Source of the DNA: Haliotis cracherodii
Lineage: Eukaryota
Assembly: GCF_022045235.1 (NCBI RefSeq)
Contig: NW_027266297.1
Location: forward strand, 39,990,001 to 40,054,000
Direction of reading: 5' to 3'
DNA: 64,000 bases
Both the position numbers and the translations under genes were made by a program. The notes below the pieces were generated by a model. That model was not told the origin of the DNA. It saw only the letters and a program-made list of their open reading frames with translations, and made no database searches. Shown in pieces: positions 63,190 to 64,000 of this stretch; position 1 is the stretch's first letter; every line of letters starts with the position of its first letter.

Positions 63190-63470
63190 CGGAGATTCAA
63201 TCCCTGGCTGCATGGTATAAAAAGATGTTAAAATATGGTACTTCTTGTTACCCTTCTTGGCACGTAGCATTAAGGGGTTTAAACAAGGACTGGTCAGCTC
63301 AGTCAGTATACTGTGTCCGAGTGGGGTAATCTTCTCAAACATGGCATGGTATCTCAGTGGGCTAGCACTATGAGACCCTCTAGCCCGGACTAGAACAAGC
63401 AGCCACACACACAGTTTCATGCACGTCAGTATGTAAGTGCAATCATCTTGAACGTGACGTTAAACCCCAT
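63190..63470 (+). mobile_element. SINE family 3 (diverged)
   Basis: AAACAAGGACTGGTCAGCTCAGTCAGTATACTGTGTCCGAGTGGGG..CCGGACTAG.ACAAGCAGCCACAC. Confidence 0.78.
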
Positions 63471-64000
63471 TTCAGGCAGTGGGGTTGCCTAGTGGTTAAA
63501 ATGTTTGCTCGTCACGTCGAAGGCCCGGGATCGATTCCCTACGTGGTTACAATGTGTGAATCCCATATCTGGTGCCCCCATCCATGGTATTTCTGAAATA
63601 TTGCTAACAGAGGCATAAAACCGTACTCACTCACTAAACCCCATTTCACGTCACCAGTTTGGGTCTGCTGGAGCAGGGCTATGGAACACAACCTTCCGTC
63701 TCCAACATGCAGTCCATTCACATGAAAAACTACTTTGAAGTTTAAAACCTCTTCCCACTGTTTCAAGGTCAAGCTGTTGCAGTTAAATTAAATACGATCT
63801 TTTACTCTGATACGATATCTCTCTAGATGAATATCTGAAGTCTCCTCCATAGAAAATGGTGTCACATCCACCCTAAGCAAGCTTTACAACCCATTCTACA
63901 TGAAGGTTATGTTGGTTCTTGAGCCAATCAGTCAAAAACGGCTTCATTTACTTATAATCTAACACAGGACACAAATATTCCTTCAATATTACTCCCAGAA

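Overview
Repeat-rich eukaryotic genomic DNA, most likely molluscan (inferred from the SINE families, a GalEa-type Copia element and the lectin architecture). Host genes: (i) a minus-strand tandem array of spliced genes encoding a PAN/Apple domain, a short Cys-rich EGF-like module and an F-type lectin domain. Copies A (10889-13213), B (31536-34733) and C (40020-42378) are intact. Copy D (48847-50811) is disrupted and lacks the lectin exons, and there is an orphan duplicate exon 1 at ~17.5-17.9 kb. (ii) The first eight coding exons of a plus-strand syntaxin-7/12-like gene (57325 to beyond 63176). Mobile DNA: a partly tandem-duplicated GalEa-like Copia retrotransposon upstream of copy A, two decayed RNase H-bearing I-group LINEs, a CR1/L2-group LINE, Tc1/mariner relics, MITEs and four SINE families. 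Most notable observations: minimal Penelope-type hammerhead motifs (U3-A8 core) on the sense strand of a lectin intron in all three intact copies; a non-tRNA SINE whose structured head matches the 5' end of a LINE in the window; gain or loss of the lectin cassette and chimerism within the array; and an LTR-host exon-pol-LTR structure. All alignments and coordinates were made by eye.
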